Shown here: piece after piece, positions 13,518-27,583 of the stretch
How positions within the stretch are numbered: the stretch's first letter is position 1
How the letters are laid out: each line of letters opens with the position of its first letter
Assembly: GCA_964304625.1 (NCBI GenBank)
Contig: OZ199839.1
Location: forward strand, 8,402,560 to 8,466,559
DNA: 64,000 bases
Direction of reading: 5' to 3'
Source: Kudoa neothunni
Lineage: Eukaryota > Animalia > Cnidaria
Notes under the pieces: generated by a model
What the model was told of the DNA's origin: nothing
The model's input: the letters and a program-made list of their open reading frames with translations, nothing else
Databases searched by the model: none
Translations under genes and position numbers: made by a program

Positions 13518-14196
13518 TTAATAATACTATTTAACAAGTTCTAATGAGTAGGCATTAAGGAGCAGAATACCGACTATACAACCATATCCATGAAATCGGT
13601 GAAAATAAATAACATCGCTAAAAGCAATGATGTTAGTTTAATCATTCAGGTTTTATTGGCTCTCAGATTGCGCATCGGTCTCCATGATTTCACTTAGACT
13701 CGTCATCATTCTCATCAACGAGCAACCCATTTCGTTTCAACGTGTAACGAGATTGCACGACCTTCGTTAAGATATTCAACGTAATGGATCGGAAAGCGAA
13801 GGCATGATTAGGACGCAAAGATATGTCTGTGTGAGAAAACAACACGTGTTATAAGAGTCGAGGCTTTTCCACTCGAAATCGATGAATTTGAATTGTTCTC
13901 ATGCTCTATGGTGTTTTTTGTTTATTTTTTCTCTTCAACAGAAACTATTGGTGGCGTATTTTCCTACTACTATGTATGGAATAAAGTACGTAATCCCTCG
14001 ACGGAGGGCGCCTACTCTCTTTCGTTATACTTCGCGACATGCTTACTGATATATATTCCCTCGATAATCTACATTCTAATGATATTTGTTATTTATTATT
14101 AATTCAAAACGGACTTAATGGATTTTTTCCAGCAGGTTTATCTCCTTTATAGATCAAAAAATTGCACACGTGAAAACCTAATACAGACACAGTATA

Positions 14197-17100
14197 CAGT
14201 ATTTCATGACCTAAATGCAAATGCGCCGGATCAAAATGCAACTTTTTAAACAAACGATTTATTTATTTTTAGATTTAATTTTTATCAAATTAAGATATTT
14301 TTTGATAATATTCTACTAGGTGAGTTATGGTAGAGTGAATAATTTTTCGAATTCTATACAAGTGATTAACGAATTGCATCAAATAAATTTTTTCACTCAT
14401 AGAGTTTATTCATATTTATTTAAAATACATAAAGAAATTAATTTCTTATTCATTTCTGTCAAAGATTTAATCACAGTGCCACATTTTTAATATTTACGCT
14501 TCTCAAAAATGTACCGTTTCAATGTAAGATTTTACTGTTTCTTTAATTACCACTTTTAAATTTGTAATCTTATTGACATGTATACACAAAAATGAAATAT
14601 TAATTGACACCAATTTAAACTTCATGTTTTTAACACAACGTAAAATTAATTATAATTATTAATCTCTTCCGAACTAATACATGCTGCGAAATATGATTCC
14701 GCATGGTTCGCATAATTTTGTAGTTGACCACTAGAAACTCCATCTTCGCTGGCCATAATTGCGTTGATTAATTCCTCCTGATTTAGATAGTCCCTTGTTT
14801 CTTACAGTGGATTTAACCCTTTGTGGCACGCGCTAAAACTTCACGTAATCGCACGCATGGGGTCCAATGGAACCCGTTCAGAAAAGTAAGCAAATTAAAG
14901 CACACACATAAATTATTTATTTTTAAGGCAGTTATTACAAATAATGTTTGAATGTTGTTTTCAAACATAATTTGAGCATACATTTCAGGTCGTTTGGCGA
15001 ACGCATGTATAACAACTTTTTTATTTGTTGAATGCGATATTTTCCTCTAAAATATCATTTTTTGGAATATCTATAATAAATTTATTTTGAATTAATCATA
15101 TTTGTTGCTTTTCTTTTCAATTTGCGGTTGTAACAGTTGCATCGCTAAAGTCTTAAGTCTTAAGGAAATCCATCCGTCGAACGTTTACATTATTTTGGAG
15201 ACCATATATAATGCATAAATTAATAGAAACTATATCTAATAAAGTGTTAAAAATAACAGCTGGCCATCTTTAGTTTTTTTATAACTGGAATAACTGGCAC
15301 ACATTTGATCTATCGTGTCAACTCCTCCTTTAATGGAGTTGTAAAATTTAATCATCTCAGGAAGTTTTTTTGGATGCTTTGTATCGATAATGGACTTGCG
15401 ATGACATGAACTTAGAATAAATACTGATTTATTCTTTTTAGGTACATAGGATAATAATGTAAGATTTTTTGTGAATGAAAATTTTGATGTAAATTGCTCT
15501 CGTGTTCTTGAAGGCAAATGAGTGGAGGGGATTTCTTTTTTATTCTTTCTTATAGTTCCAACCGCAGTCACGCTATAGTTTAACAATTCTTCAAAAAGTG
15601 AGACAGAATGAACCAATTGTCAAAAGTAATATTTCTCCCAGATAGTAACACTGGTTTTCCAAGACGCATTACTAAACGCTGTGGAGAATTATCAACTTTA
15701 TATACACTACCACATTGAGCTCCAAGATATACTTCAAGATTTAGTGTATAATATGTGTTAGAGTCACATATATTAAATATCTTGATGTCATATTTGGAAG
15801 GCTTAGATGGGTTGTGTTGTTTGAAAATACATCGTCCTCTAAACGGCCTCGGCATTTCATCAATAGTCAGATACTCTGTGGGGCTGTAATATTTCATAAA
15901 TTTTGAGTTGATATAATTGAAAATATCTCTTGTTTTTGAAAATCTATTTTGGCTTGAGTGCACTGATTCAGTAGAATTATCGTTATAAGCGTAGGCATCT
16001 TTTTAAATTTATTACTGCTGAATTCCTTTCTGCAAATGGCGAAACCAAAATTATCAGCAACCCAAAGTTCCTGCATATCTGTTAGATTCGCCTTTTTTAC
16101 ACCTAAAAATAGTGTAGACCAATGAATGCCTTTATTCACACAAAACGAATTCAACGCAATCCCGTAAGCGTGTGAAATTTGACTGTATCTTTTTCGGATG
16201 ATTATTTGTAAAGATCAATATTCGATGTAGTATATCATCAGTAAAGAAATGACTCCAAATTTGAGACTCTGTGTATACATCATCAGGGATTTTTATTTGA
16301 TGTTTCTCCATAATCATATCATGCTTTGTTTTCTTTGAAAATAGCCCCACAGGCTTCTGGCACCAATCAAACTTAATAGTATGTGACTTTGGATTCAAAA
16401 TAGACGAAGGGTTATCTTTATGTTCGTCTGTGTCACTTTATGACACTTCGGAACTATTACTCTCGCATTCATCATCAAAAAACATGTTACAGTCAAAGTC
16501 TGAGTTATATGAATCTGAATCTTCCGAATCAGATTCATCGCTATGGTAGTTGCAAAATCAGTTTTGGCTCATCGAATTATAATATGTTATAGAATAGCCA
16601 AAAATATTTGAATAATTGTGATATATAGGTAGCAGTTATTGTAGAACACGAGCTAACGCTCGAAAAATATCACTTCTGGTTAATTTGATGGAAGAACTCC
16701 TCAATAGGATTGAGGAACGGAGAGTATGGTGGAAGAAATAATAACGTATGGTTTGTGGATTGAATTTGATTCCTTACTAGATCCGTTTTGTGGAATCTCA
16801 CATTGTCCATTATTAATAAGGCGTTATCAACTCCATTGCAGCTTAAGTTGGAAAATAGTTTATCTATGAAAATAGAAAAAACTTGCTGGTTGACAGTTCC
16901 ATTTTCTACGTGGAAAAGTCCACGCCCGTTCCTGACATGTTGCCGCGATTAAAGTAATATTTTTAGAGCGGATGCTTTTCACTTTCAGATTCGCTCTTGA
17001 TCCTGAAAGTGCTCATCCAAACGTTCTTCTCATTGACAAAGAAAAGCCCGACTCATCTATATAGATGACAGTAGAATGACGAGGTTTCAATTCAAGATAT

Positions 17101-17665
17101 TATAGCACGTATTTATTCATTTTAAGCAATTTTTTAAAATGATAATAAATCTTTTTCTCGTTTCAATACAATCCTGAGAATTTCTTCCCAGGAGTACAGT
17201 GGAAATTTTTTTTAAGTTATAATGGAAATCTTTCGAACAATTCGCAATCGTTTGACGAAATATTAATACTAAAATATTCTAGAACTTTTTCGGTAATAGA
17301 ATTTAACGTAATGGTACAATCCTCCTCCACAAAGTTTGCAGGTGTATAATGTATGGGTTTCAGTCAATTTTGAACGCCTGTCACCCCTTTCTTTTTTGGT
17401 GCACTTAATTCCGTATTCATCGATTTTTGCTTCAAAATGCGCCCAATGGTTGATTTATGTACACCCATTTTCTCGGCAATGTATTCGTTAGAGTATCGAT
17501 CCTAGAAATAATTTGAAATTATACGAAAGAGGTTATGAACTTCGGCTAGTGAAACTGCCATTTGTTTCATATCATCACTTAAGATAACATATTTCCTTTT
17601 TTGGACATTATTGCATGGGGTTGCATTTTGATCGGATGCAGTTGCATTTAGGTCTTGAAATACTG
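14197..17665 (-). mobile_element. Tc1/IS630-like DD34E transposon (decayed), interrupted by a piggyBac
   Basis: ~45-bp TIRs CAGTATTTCAnGACCTAAATGCAAnTGC..GATCAAAATGCAA with TA on both sides. Minus-strand motifs IAEKMGVHKSTIGRILK, VIYIDESGF, IMDNVRFH...FLPPYSPFLNPIEE (34 residues between D and E). Confidence 0.88.
14817..16679 (-). mobile_element. piggyBac (PGBD4-like) transposon with frameshifted transposase
   Basis: ORF fragments LTIDEM..FRGRC..KPSKY, NITFDNWF, VGTIRKNK, YNSIKGGVDTIDQM. TTAA at 14813-14816 and 16680-16683. Confidence 0.9.
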
Positions 17666-17949
17666 TAAAATATATCCCAGAAGCAAATTTTCTGGCATAG
17701 ACAGCTTTCGATACCCTTTTTAATCATCTAACACCGGGTATTTCTTACGGTAAGATACAATATTCGGCCAAGTTTAAAATTCTCTATACCGACTTCTCAA
17801 ATTATTATATTTATGGAATATTGGATAAAATAAACGGCCGTTTCTATTGAAGGAAATTCAACGATGGTTGATCGAAAAACTTTATTCGCGATCTCTCTTT
17901 AATTCATTTTCTTCTAAATCTAAAAAAAGTCTTGTGGATGTGGTATAAA

Positions 17950-18330
17950 AAATACAAATTGCAGACAGTCAAATTTGTAATACAATGTTTGGGCTTTACA
18001 GGATTCTCAAAAACAAAACTCTTTTGATTGCTGGTGGTGTAGATAAGGGAGGAAGAGTTTTTTTGTGGAAACCGAGGAGAGAGATGCTCCAATCTTCAGA
18101 CGTATTATAATATCTATATTTGAAAAAGATTATCATCCATTCATTATGATGGATGGTGAGGATAAAACTCACTCACATAATTAAAATTTAATTATGTTCA
18201 TGAAACTGTAATTCGTGATATGAGCTTGTCTCCATTACTGGAGTCCACATTAATCAAACTGAAGACATATGGTCCTTTCAAACGAAAATACCAGTCTGTG
18301 ACTAACAAAAAGAAACAGATGATTTCCCCT
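17950..18330 (+). mobile_element. decayed Merlin/ISXO2-like transposase remnant
   Basis: Fragments GGVD, RRDAP, HYDGW, YVHETV and ITGVHINQTEDIWS parallel TGAHTNTIEGTW of the copy at 35329. Confidence 0.6.
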
Positions 18331-18717
18331 TACATAACGGATTGGATATGTAAGAGTTACAAAAGTAAAGAGTTTCCGGAAAAACATTGTCTATGTTGTC
18401 ACATGAAAACATACTTTTCAAACGTGATATCCAGCATCACTCGATGATTTATCCCAAACTGCAATTGAGCCATTTTCTCTTTAAGAAGTGTTCATAATGA
18501 ATGGTTGAGGTAATGATTAATTGGAGACGATTATGTTTAGCTAGTTAATTTTCTAGGTACCACCTAATGATTAGGCGTGGTTAATCGATTTAATTAACTT
18601 TTTCCAACTGTTGTGGAGTCCATCAAACGGGTGATAATATTACGACGTCATAACTTTATAGATTGCACCTGGAATTTAGATTCTGAAGTGAAGATATATG
18701 ATAAAAGCCAACATTAA

Positions 18718-21049
18718 CCCATTGATGGTGTGCGTTCCCTTTTCGGCACATAGTTGTTCCACGATTTTCTTCTCTCGCTGTGTATCAATTTCTTTATAAA
18801 TGAAAAATTAAATTTATTGAATCATTTGATTTTATTTTATATATAAGCTAAATTACTTAGTGTATTTTTCCATAAGATAGGCTACTATTTAGTCTATTAG
18901 GCTCGACTAACACTAATAGAGAAATAAATTAATGATCTGGCAATAAAATTATTAAAGAGTCAATTCTGCGATAGAAAATATTCATTAATACTTGATTCTA
19001 TTATTTTTGAATTATAAGGTTACAAAGAATAAAAGACAATGCCAGATGAAGCATGTGGCGAAAAGGGAACGCAAAATCCAAAATCTTCCACGTGAGGATT
19101 TTTAATTATTAAGTTGATTGTTTTCAGATGGTGATAATTCACTACAATAAATTATTTGGCGCTGTTATTGAGCTTTGTGATAATGAAAAGATTGTTTCTA
19201 TATATTTTATTACTCTTCCTCCGGAAAATGTGGATAAATCAACCAATGAGGAGGCTAATGTAATACCAAATTCAGTTATGAATACTAATATAACCAATAT
19301 TCTTGATATTTATGGTGAAATTGAGGTACTAAATGAAGATTCCCAACCCGCTGATGGTAATGATAGTGAAGATTGTACCTGGAATCCATTCTGCAATGAT
19401 ACAAACAATGGAATTTTTAATGATCATCCTTCGTTGAATAATCAGAAAATATATGTGAAGAAGTTTTACTGAATTTTGATAATTATGGATCCTTCGTTTA
19501 TTTTCAAGAACTTTTAGATAAAAGCATAATATTAATGATTATTAAACAAACCGATTTATTTGCTCGACAGAAAAACGACCACACCTTCAATTTAACAATT
19601 TAACTGTTAACCAACTCAAGGCTTTTCTGAGCATATTGTTGATTTCAGGTTACGGTATGTTACCATGCCAATATATGTATTGGGAAAACAGCATTGATTC
19701 AGGAGTAGAAATGCTGAAAAGGACAATGACCTATAAGCAATTTAAAAACATTAAAAAGTATCTGCACTTTTATGATAATTCTAAAGTTTACCACGATGAT
19801 AAAATGTTCAAATTACGACCTCTGATTGAAAAACTCAACAAAAACTTTAAAAAATTTGGAATATTTACCAAGAATATTCCTATCGATGAGCAGATGGTAC
19901 CCTATACAGGCTATCACTCTTGTAAGATGTACATGAAAGGTAGACCCGTTTGCTTTGGCTTTAAAAAATGAATAATGGCATCTTCAAACGGATATATTTA
20001 TAGTTTTTCTATTTACTCCGGTAAGTCAGAAACGTATGATAAACAATTGGGACTTGATGGGAGTGTGGTTCAAAATTTTGTTAATGATTTTGATCTAAAA
20101 GAAATAAGCGATGTGAAACTATTCTTCGATAATTTCTTTTCATCATTCAAATTATTTGATAAATTATCAAAAAACATTTAAGCAACTGGAACAATCCGTG
20201 ATAATAGAATTTCTAAATGTCTTATAACGCGGAAACGCTTGATTGAAAAAAACTCCGAGACACACGTGAACATTCTGTTACTAAATCGTCGAATATTTTA
20301 TTATCACATTGGAATGATACAAAACCTGTACTTGTTATGTCCAGTTGCTTTGGTCCATATCCAACTAATAAAGTCAAAATGAATTGTAAATTGAAAAAAA
20401 CTTACCGCACAATTGATCAACCCCTTAAAGTATACATGTACAATAGACATATGGGGGAGTAGATATTGCGGATAGCTCAATAGCTTGCTATCGGATAAAA
20501 TTTAGATCCAAAAAGTGGTATTGGCCACTTTTTACCAATATGTTATCCATGGCTGTGATGAATTCTTGGAGGCTATCATATCATATATGGGAAGTTCATC
20601 AAAGTTTGATTTGCTAACCCATATTCGTACAATCGTAGCCAATTTAATAACCAGCATAAAAGAAAATATTCCGATTGGTCGAAGGTGTCTTCTTAGAAGA
20701 CGAAAAATGCGTCCATGTGTCAAAAACCATGCATTAAATCTTCCTCAGATAAAAAAAGAAAGAAATGCGCCATTTACCGGAAAACAACAATCCATTATTG
20801 GAAGAACTGTAATGTTTATTTGCATATAAAATGCTCAAAATTCAAAAATTTGTTTTTATTTGAACGCGCATCTCGGCCAGCTCTATTAGGATTTTGCACG
20901 CCAAAAGTTTTGCGTTCCCTTTTGGGCACTTTTGTAAAATCTATTTTTCTTTGCGTAAAGAAATTATCTTAAAATTTTATTTCATAAAGTGCAATAAAAA
21001 TTATTTTTTTATGTTTTTGTATAATTTGAAAAATAGAACCCTTAATGGG
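18718..21049 (+). mobile_element. piggyBac (PGBD2/3-like) transposon, pseudogenised transposase
   Basis: TTAA-CCCATT... and ...AATGGG-CTAA ends; subterminal TGCGTTCCCTTTTnGGCAC motifs at 18731, ~19053 (inverted) and 20911. ORF pieces DKMFKLRPLI, IPIDEQMVPYTG, FFDNFFSS, and a C-terminal Cys cluster. Confidence 0.88.
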
Positions 21050-21603
21050 CTAAAATTTATGAAGAATGATGAAACTGAATTAAATATATAGAATATACGG
21101 GTTGACTTTAATTATGTGATTGAAAAAGTGACAAATGAATTTGTTGAGTGACTTCTTAATGAGTTAATCTGTAGTCCCTGCAAGTCTTGAATGATTTCTT
21201 TTCCTGATATGGAAGGACTAAACAATTCCTGCATTTTATTGATAATCCATTGTAATCTTCGTATGAAGTAAGTTCTAATAAATCTCGCGACATTTATTTT
21301 AATACGCTTTCACTAAAATTTTCTCACATCCAGCCCTAATCCTAATATGAGGATTCTTAGGAGCAAAAAAGGTTTTACTCTTGAGTAATTTGTTGTAGGA
21401 CCTTTAGAGTTCTTAATATATTTATAGAAAATTAATGTTTGCACTAAGAAAATAATTTAATTGATTGATTTTACATTTGGGACTACTCAATATAAAACTA
21501 TTCGTAAAAAAAGGTAGAAAAACGACATAAATAATATTTAATCCGACCAAGCATCAAGTAAAGAGGAAGAGTAAGGGGTTTAAAATATTAATCATATTTA
21601 AAG

Positions 21604-22999
21604 TCAAGCGTAAGGAGCCAAATGTATACTTTTGGTGCCAACATCAAATATGGTGTAATAGCTTTTGAATAAACTGTCTCCAAGTAACCATTCGTTGTCA
21701 TCAGAGGGAAAAATAGTGGGTGAACAGACAATACCAAACTTAAAATAATGTTCAGTTACCCAGCAAACCGCTATTAAATACTTCCATCATGTAGTTCTCC
21801 AAAGGAATCGAAAATTGATGAGAGCCATATGTGAATACAAGATCTTTCCAAATGGTTTTGTTGTAACAGTCGAATAAATTAATATGTGTGAATTCGTTTA
21901 TAAAGTTATAGTTAGCTGCGCCATAAAGTTTATAAACTTGGTCTTGGGGCCCGAAAATTCCACTGGTGCCTGTGTCAAGCGTTGTAGAGCATTTTCCAGA
22001 ACATAGAATTAAATTACCAAATGTGACACTATGATAATACATGCTGACAAACTGTAGCTCACTAAAAATAATACCTATCAAAATCTACGGTCCAAAATTC
22101 CGTTTTTTTGGTCGGAATTCTCAAAAGAGGAGGTAAAAATTTGGTTGAATCATAACCCCCAAAGATAATTTCTCCTGCTGTACCGTATTCGTCTATTTCG
22201 CTATATTTTTATTAGATAAACATCTTTTAGGATGAGAATACAATACCGTTTCACTGAAAATGAAAATATGGGTTTTACAGTGTTGTTTTGTTGAATCAGA
22301 CGGTTAAATAATGTGTCCGTTACTATATCCGAATAGTCTTGGAATGATAAACCCAAAATCCCATCGGATACAGCAGCAAAAATTGGTTCACTCCAGACTT
22401 TAACCAATCCAAATGTATAATTATTAATTTGAAAGCCACCCAACTAAAAAATCTAAATTTAAACTGATTATATGATAAAATATTTCAACTTGAATGCTGT
22501 CTGCTGCGGAAACTCCGATGGCCTTCCCAGACATGTAATTTAACTCAAATTTATCTGATGTATTTCGAAAAGTGGTGGAAGTATTTGAATCATATCTTCG
22601 TGATTTTAACCAACAAGCATTGTATGGATACCCACAATCCTTCGGATATACCCACAAATAAGGAGAACCCGTGTCCACTTGGACGCTGAATAATTGTGGC
22701 GGTGTACCAATCCCGATAACAATATTATATAATGCCTGATATAATGTGAATGTATGAATCTCGTGCAGAAAATAAAATACCCTTTGGAATGTTGTCATGT
22801 TAATGGATGTTGATAATTTAATTTTTTGTATGCTGAATATGTCTTCAACGTCTCGTTCCCTAATATGATTTGCATACAAAGGAAATCTAAATTTTAAATG
22901 TACTAGCCAACTAATTCAGAGATTTATATACCTGTACATAAGTTGACATCGTTCAGTTATCAACAAATACACCGCCAATACTATCAAAAAATAATCCAT
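21604..22999 (-). CDS. secreted pepsin-family (A1) aspartic protease, 7 exons
   Basis: Signal peptide MDYFLIVLAVYLLIT; GIGTPPQLFSVQVDTGS; SDGILGLSF; GEIIFGGYD; LDTGTSGIFGP; WLLGDSLFKSYYTIFD. Both catalytic DTG motifs are intact and the frames join across GT-AG introns. Confidence 0.92.
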
Positions 23000-23999
23000 T
23001 ATTGGTTCTACTCTCGTTTAAAAACAACTAGCACCAATAATATTTTAATGTCTCTAATAGGATTAAAAATAATATTTTCGGTAAAAATGATGAAATTAAT
23101 ATATTATAAAGTATTGATTTTACCTTTAAAGTTTATTTCTTTTGAACAATTAATTACGATGAGAACATTCCCATATTTCAAAAATATTTATTAAACCAGA
23201 TTAAAATAATATACGGATCGTACACACTCGAATACAGCTCCCACCCATAAAATAAACTTTTATTAATTTTTAAATAATTGTCTGATCATATTTTAACTTA
23301 CGTTTATGCCTCCTACAAGATTTTTACATTTTTATTACTTAAAAAATATTAATTAATTATAAATAATAATTTTTGTTCAGATTTATCGCCATTAACCGCA
23401 GAGGGATAAATTTGTTTGTTGGAGTGCATTTTTTAAACAAATTATAATTAGCAATGCTTTAATTTAATCTTGCATATATTTAAAATAAAAAAAATTTAGA
23501 TATTTTTTCTTACCAATTAATGTCTTAGTGCCTCTAACATTCGGACTATTCCATTTCAAGGAATAATAGAAACAAGAATTTTAAGTTTCCTATGTGCCAA
23601 TGGTAGAAATTTCCTATTTCGTCGGTTGATCGAAAATCTACATAACCTTCTAAGTCACATGAAAATTTACAACTTCCAAGTACAATTGGGTTCCAGAAGA
23701 CCTCACATTTTTATTTGAGAAAATATTTGAAAAAATGATAATATGTATTTTTAGAAGTTTTTAAAATATTTGATCGATTATATATTCAGTAATTTCATAA
23801 ATGACATCATGTAATATTGTGTGCGCATGTGCAAACGATACAGAAATATTTTAACCACAGCGTATTTATTACTTTTGAGATCGCATATTTTCTATAAACA
23901 TAAACCAAAATTCAGCTCATTTAATAGAATTAATTCTTTATTTCGTTTTCGCTTAAATGGTCAAAAACATCGTAATCGTGACATAGACCATTGCATAAA

Positions 24000-24912
24000 A
24001 CAGGTAACATAGATACGCTTGAAATGTTCATTGGGGCAGAAATAACGCGTAAAAATCCACCTAAATATGCCTTAGTTCACCAACATGGCAGCAATTTCCG
24101 GATTATTTTGTTATCTCAATATTTTCCATACCATCAAATGTGAAACTCGCATTATTTGGAGAAATTTATGTAGTGAGAATAAACCACGATGTATCTTTCC
24201 TTCTTCTAACTCAAATATCAATTTAACCGATTCTCGATTATCCCTGTGATATTCCATCAGAAATAAACAGTCAATGAACCCACCCAATTCGATCCATCTA
24301 TCACCAAAAATTTTTCCACCCACGTACTGGTATATTTGAAAATAATGGCGTATATAACAAAACTAAAAATTATTCTGAAAGTATCAATTGTATTTTGTAA
24401 TAAAAACGGAGAGACACCAGGACGACTAATGGTAATTTTGCAACACATGTTCTGGATGCCAACGGCGGGTTGGTTGATCGGCCATAACGTTCCGTTCATG
24501 TGTATTAATGAGTCAAGTTGTGTATCTGTATCAATATAAAATTTTTCTAGCGATAATAATCATGAAACGGATAAAATGAATCTGAAAACTCGGTATCGGA
24601 GTAATTACTATTAAGATCATTTGAACACAACATTGAAATTAATTATGGTACGTGTGCGATGCAGATTAAGATATGATATTAATGCAATAAAAATATATTT
24701 AATCGATATTATTTTTTCAAGGTTTTTCCAAAAATTTAAATAAATATTTTGGATAATTGGATGAAAAAGTTTTTTAATTAGTGTAATTTTACTACAGAAC
24801 ATTTTAGAAGAATAGACTGACTGCCAAGAATTTCTCACAGGTTAATAATGTGGTAGAAAATTGAATACAAATGTTGTTTGGGGTCCAAAAGATCCCAATT
24901 ATATTTAGAGGG
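24000..24912 (-). mobile_element. piggyBac remnant (5' end plus decayed N-terminal transposase)
   Basis: End TTAGAGGG-TTAA like 13517, palindrome GGGGTCCAAAAGATCCC, and minus-strand ELGGFIDCLFLM...FSLHKFLQIMR resembling the piggyBac N-terminal block. Other end not found. Confidence 0.5.
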
Positions 24913-25439
24913 TTAAGTTGATGATTTTATCATTTAGATTTAGTTAGTGATTTTAGAAAATTTGGCATTCTGTTAAAGAGCTAAATCTTGACGTTTATTT
25001 AAAAATATATTTCTGCCAATAATTGCTTTAATATTTGTGTCTTTGATAAGATTTATTGCTTTGGACGAATTTCATCTGGGGTCGATATGCATCCATTTTG
25101 ACTCTTCATTTAGTTAGAATTGTATCTCTTATTTTTTAATTAATTCTATGTTTAATATTTTTTGATATTTTATAGTTTAGTGACATTTTTTGAATTAATT
25201 AGTTATTTACTACAGTAAGCAATAGATTTTTCGTACTTTTTAACTTTTTTGTTTCTCGTTTACTCTGAGAGTTTCTGTAAAAGTTATAGTTCAATATTAG
25301 AATATCATATTAAAATTTAAATAAAAAAAGTTTACAAATAAAGAAAAAATGATGAAAATACAAAAAATCCATCATTGCGGATTTTACGTATTTTTATTTA
25401 AATTTTTCGAGCTGATTTGTTGGTTTTTCGTAGTTTTTA

Positions 25440-26450
25440 GATGGCAGAAAAAAATAAAAAAAGCATAACAATTAATGAATAATTTGAAATACAGTACCAA
25501 CAAAGAACTTGATTCTGAAAAGTTTGAGTGAATTAATTTGATGCACTCAAAAAATAGAGCCAACTTCCATTGATATGATTAATAAAATTAGAGAATCGCA
25601 CTCAATTTGTTCGTATGTGGATTCATTAATAACAGATGGTTTAAGTTTGAAGGGTTTTAATCAATATTCAACCTAAAATGGCAAAATTATCAGGATGTTT
25701 TGTGTATCGTTGACAACGAAACACTTAAAAATGGATTCCGATGTTATTAGATATAATAAAGGGCTGGTCACCCGACTGTGTTTTTAAAATCAATGAAACT
25801 ACGCTATACTATCAGCAACACGAGCTAAAAAATTTTTTGTATGTGTTTGCATAGTTTTGGGAAAGAGCTATGTCACAACTAGGGAGAATGTCTATAACCG
25901 AATAAAAAAGAGAAAAAAAGAATAACAATCCTCTTTTATATTTTCAAATCTGGTAAGAAACTCGATCGTTTGATTATTTGGCATTCTGTTAAATCGCAGT
26001 GCTCCAAAAATGTTAAAAATCTTCTACCAAAGTATGAATACCACGAAAAAGCATGAATGACTGATTATATGTTTATAAAATATATAACTAGTTTAAATAA
26101 GTTTTTTGAATACATTCCGATAAACTTGTTTTATATTCGACAATGCAGTTTCTAATTTTCACAACGATTTAAGCCATATAAAAATGGGTTTCTTCCTCAA
26201 AATACGATAAGCCTTTTGCGGCCTTTAGATCAGAGCATTATCCACTCGTTAAAAGCGGCATATAAAAGAGAAATTATAAAAAAGTTCTTTACATTCACAG
26301 AAGCTACCTTTCTCCAAACATCTCCAGATTAGCTGGAATCTATATTTTTAAAATAAAGAGGTGTGAGAGTCTGTTAGCAATAAGACCATATTAAATTGTT
26401 TTAAAGATAGATTTTCTTCTGCTAACGATAAAAATATAAATAATGAAATT
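25440..26450 (+). mobile_element. decayed pogo/Tigger (DDE_1) transposase
   Basis: Fragments KA*MTDYMF, DNA, and FLPQNTISLLRPLDQSIIHSLKAAYKR (about 26190-26270) match the pogo FLPPNTTS.LQPLDQGII motif. Confidence 0.7.
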
Positions 26451-27549
26451 ACACTCCGTGAACTAACAGAAATTGACTAGATGATTCTAAAGGAGCATGA
26501 TAATTTTCTATGGATAATGAAGATTCAGGTAACTTACAGCATAACATAGAAAAGATAAAAGAACCACAATGATGATGATATATCCTAAGATTTACTAATC
26601 GAAGATATTTCTCCGAAGGAAGTTATAGAACCAATTCAAAAACATTAAAATTTCGTAAAGCGTAATGCAATTGATGAGTACAACTTGGTCATAAAACTGG
26701 AAAGTACGCTGTCAAACGTATTATTTAAAAAAATTTAGCCAAACTAAAATAATTGATTGTTACCATAACAGCAATTCTTAAAGTCGTTTCTCCGTTATTT
26801 TTTGATTTCTATCAGCAATTTTTCATTACTGATTCTCAAAATTGATAAAAATTGATGAGATAAGATAAAAAACCACTAGTATCGTTTCTTGTCGTTGCAA
26901 TAGTTTAATTCGAAATCACTTAGCTCAAAATTTACAAAAGAATAAACTTTTATTTAATCACAATGATAAAATTATAAAGAAAATTTATACATAAAAGAAA
27001 TAAGACTTTGAAATAAACGTTGAATGTCAATTAAACTATAAAAAAATTAAATTTACTCATATCAATGATAACATTAAACGAGTTTATTTTTTATTTTTAA
27101 TTATTCATATTATGCTAAACAGGAATGAGAATAACTTTAGTGAAAACCCGTTTAAATCACTCCCCGACCATCATGACTCTTTAGACGTGCATGCTCCGAA
27201 AAAGTACAAAAAATCGATTGTCTACTGTATTTAGGGTACCTAAAGTGAATAAATGTATATTCACTAGCTATTATTTTAATTTAATATTATAATAACGCAT
27301 CTTTTTATTAAAATCCACTTTTGAGACAGTTCAAAAATTTTTTAAATATTAATTTAAAATTTAAATTGCTTCATTTTAAAGCAAAGAATAAACATTTTCC
27401 ATAAATTTTACAAAAAATTACTTTATTAGGTATCCTGATTTTTTTGTTTGAAATCGCGTCTATGATTCACACAGTTTTTGGAGTTTATTATTTGTAAAAA
27501 ATGAAAAAAATATTCGAAGATATATTGTAGTTACTATTATTGAATAATT

Positions 27550-27583
<34 letters not shown>

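Noticed and set aside
13743-14039. LTR-like TG...CA segment with AATAAA
   Set aside because: No TSD, PBS or PPT found.
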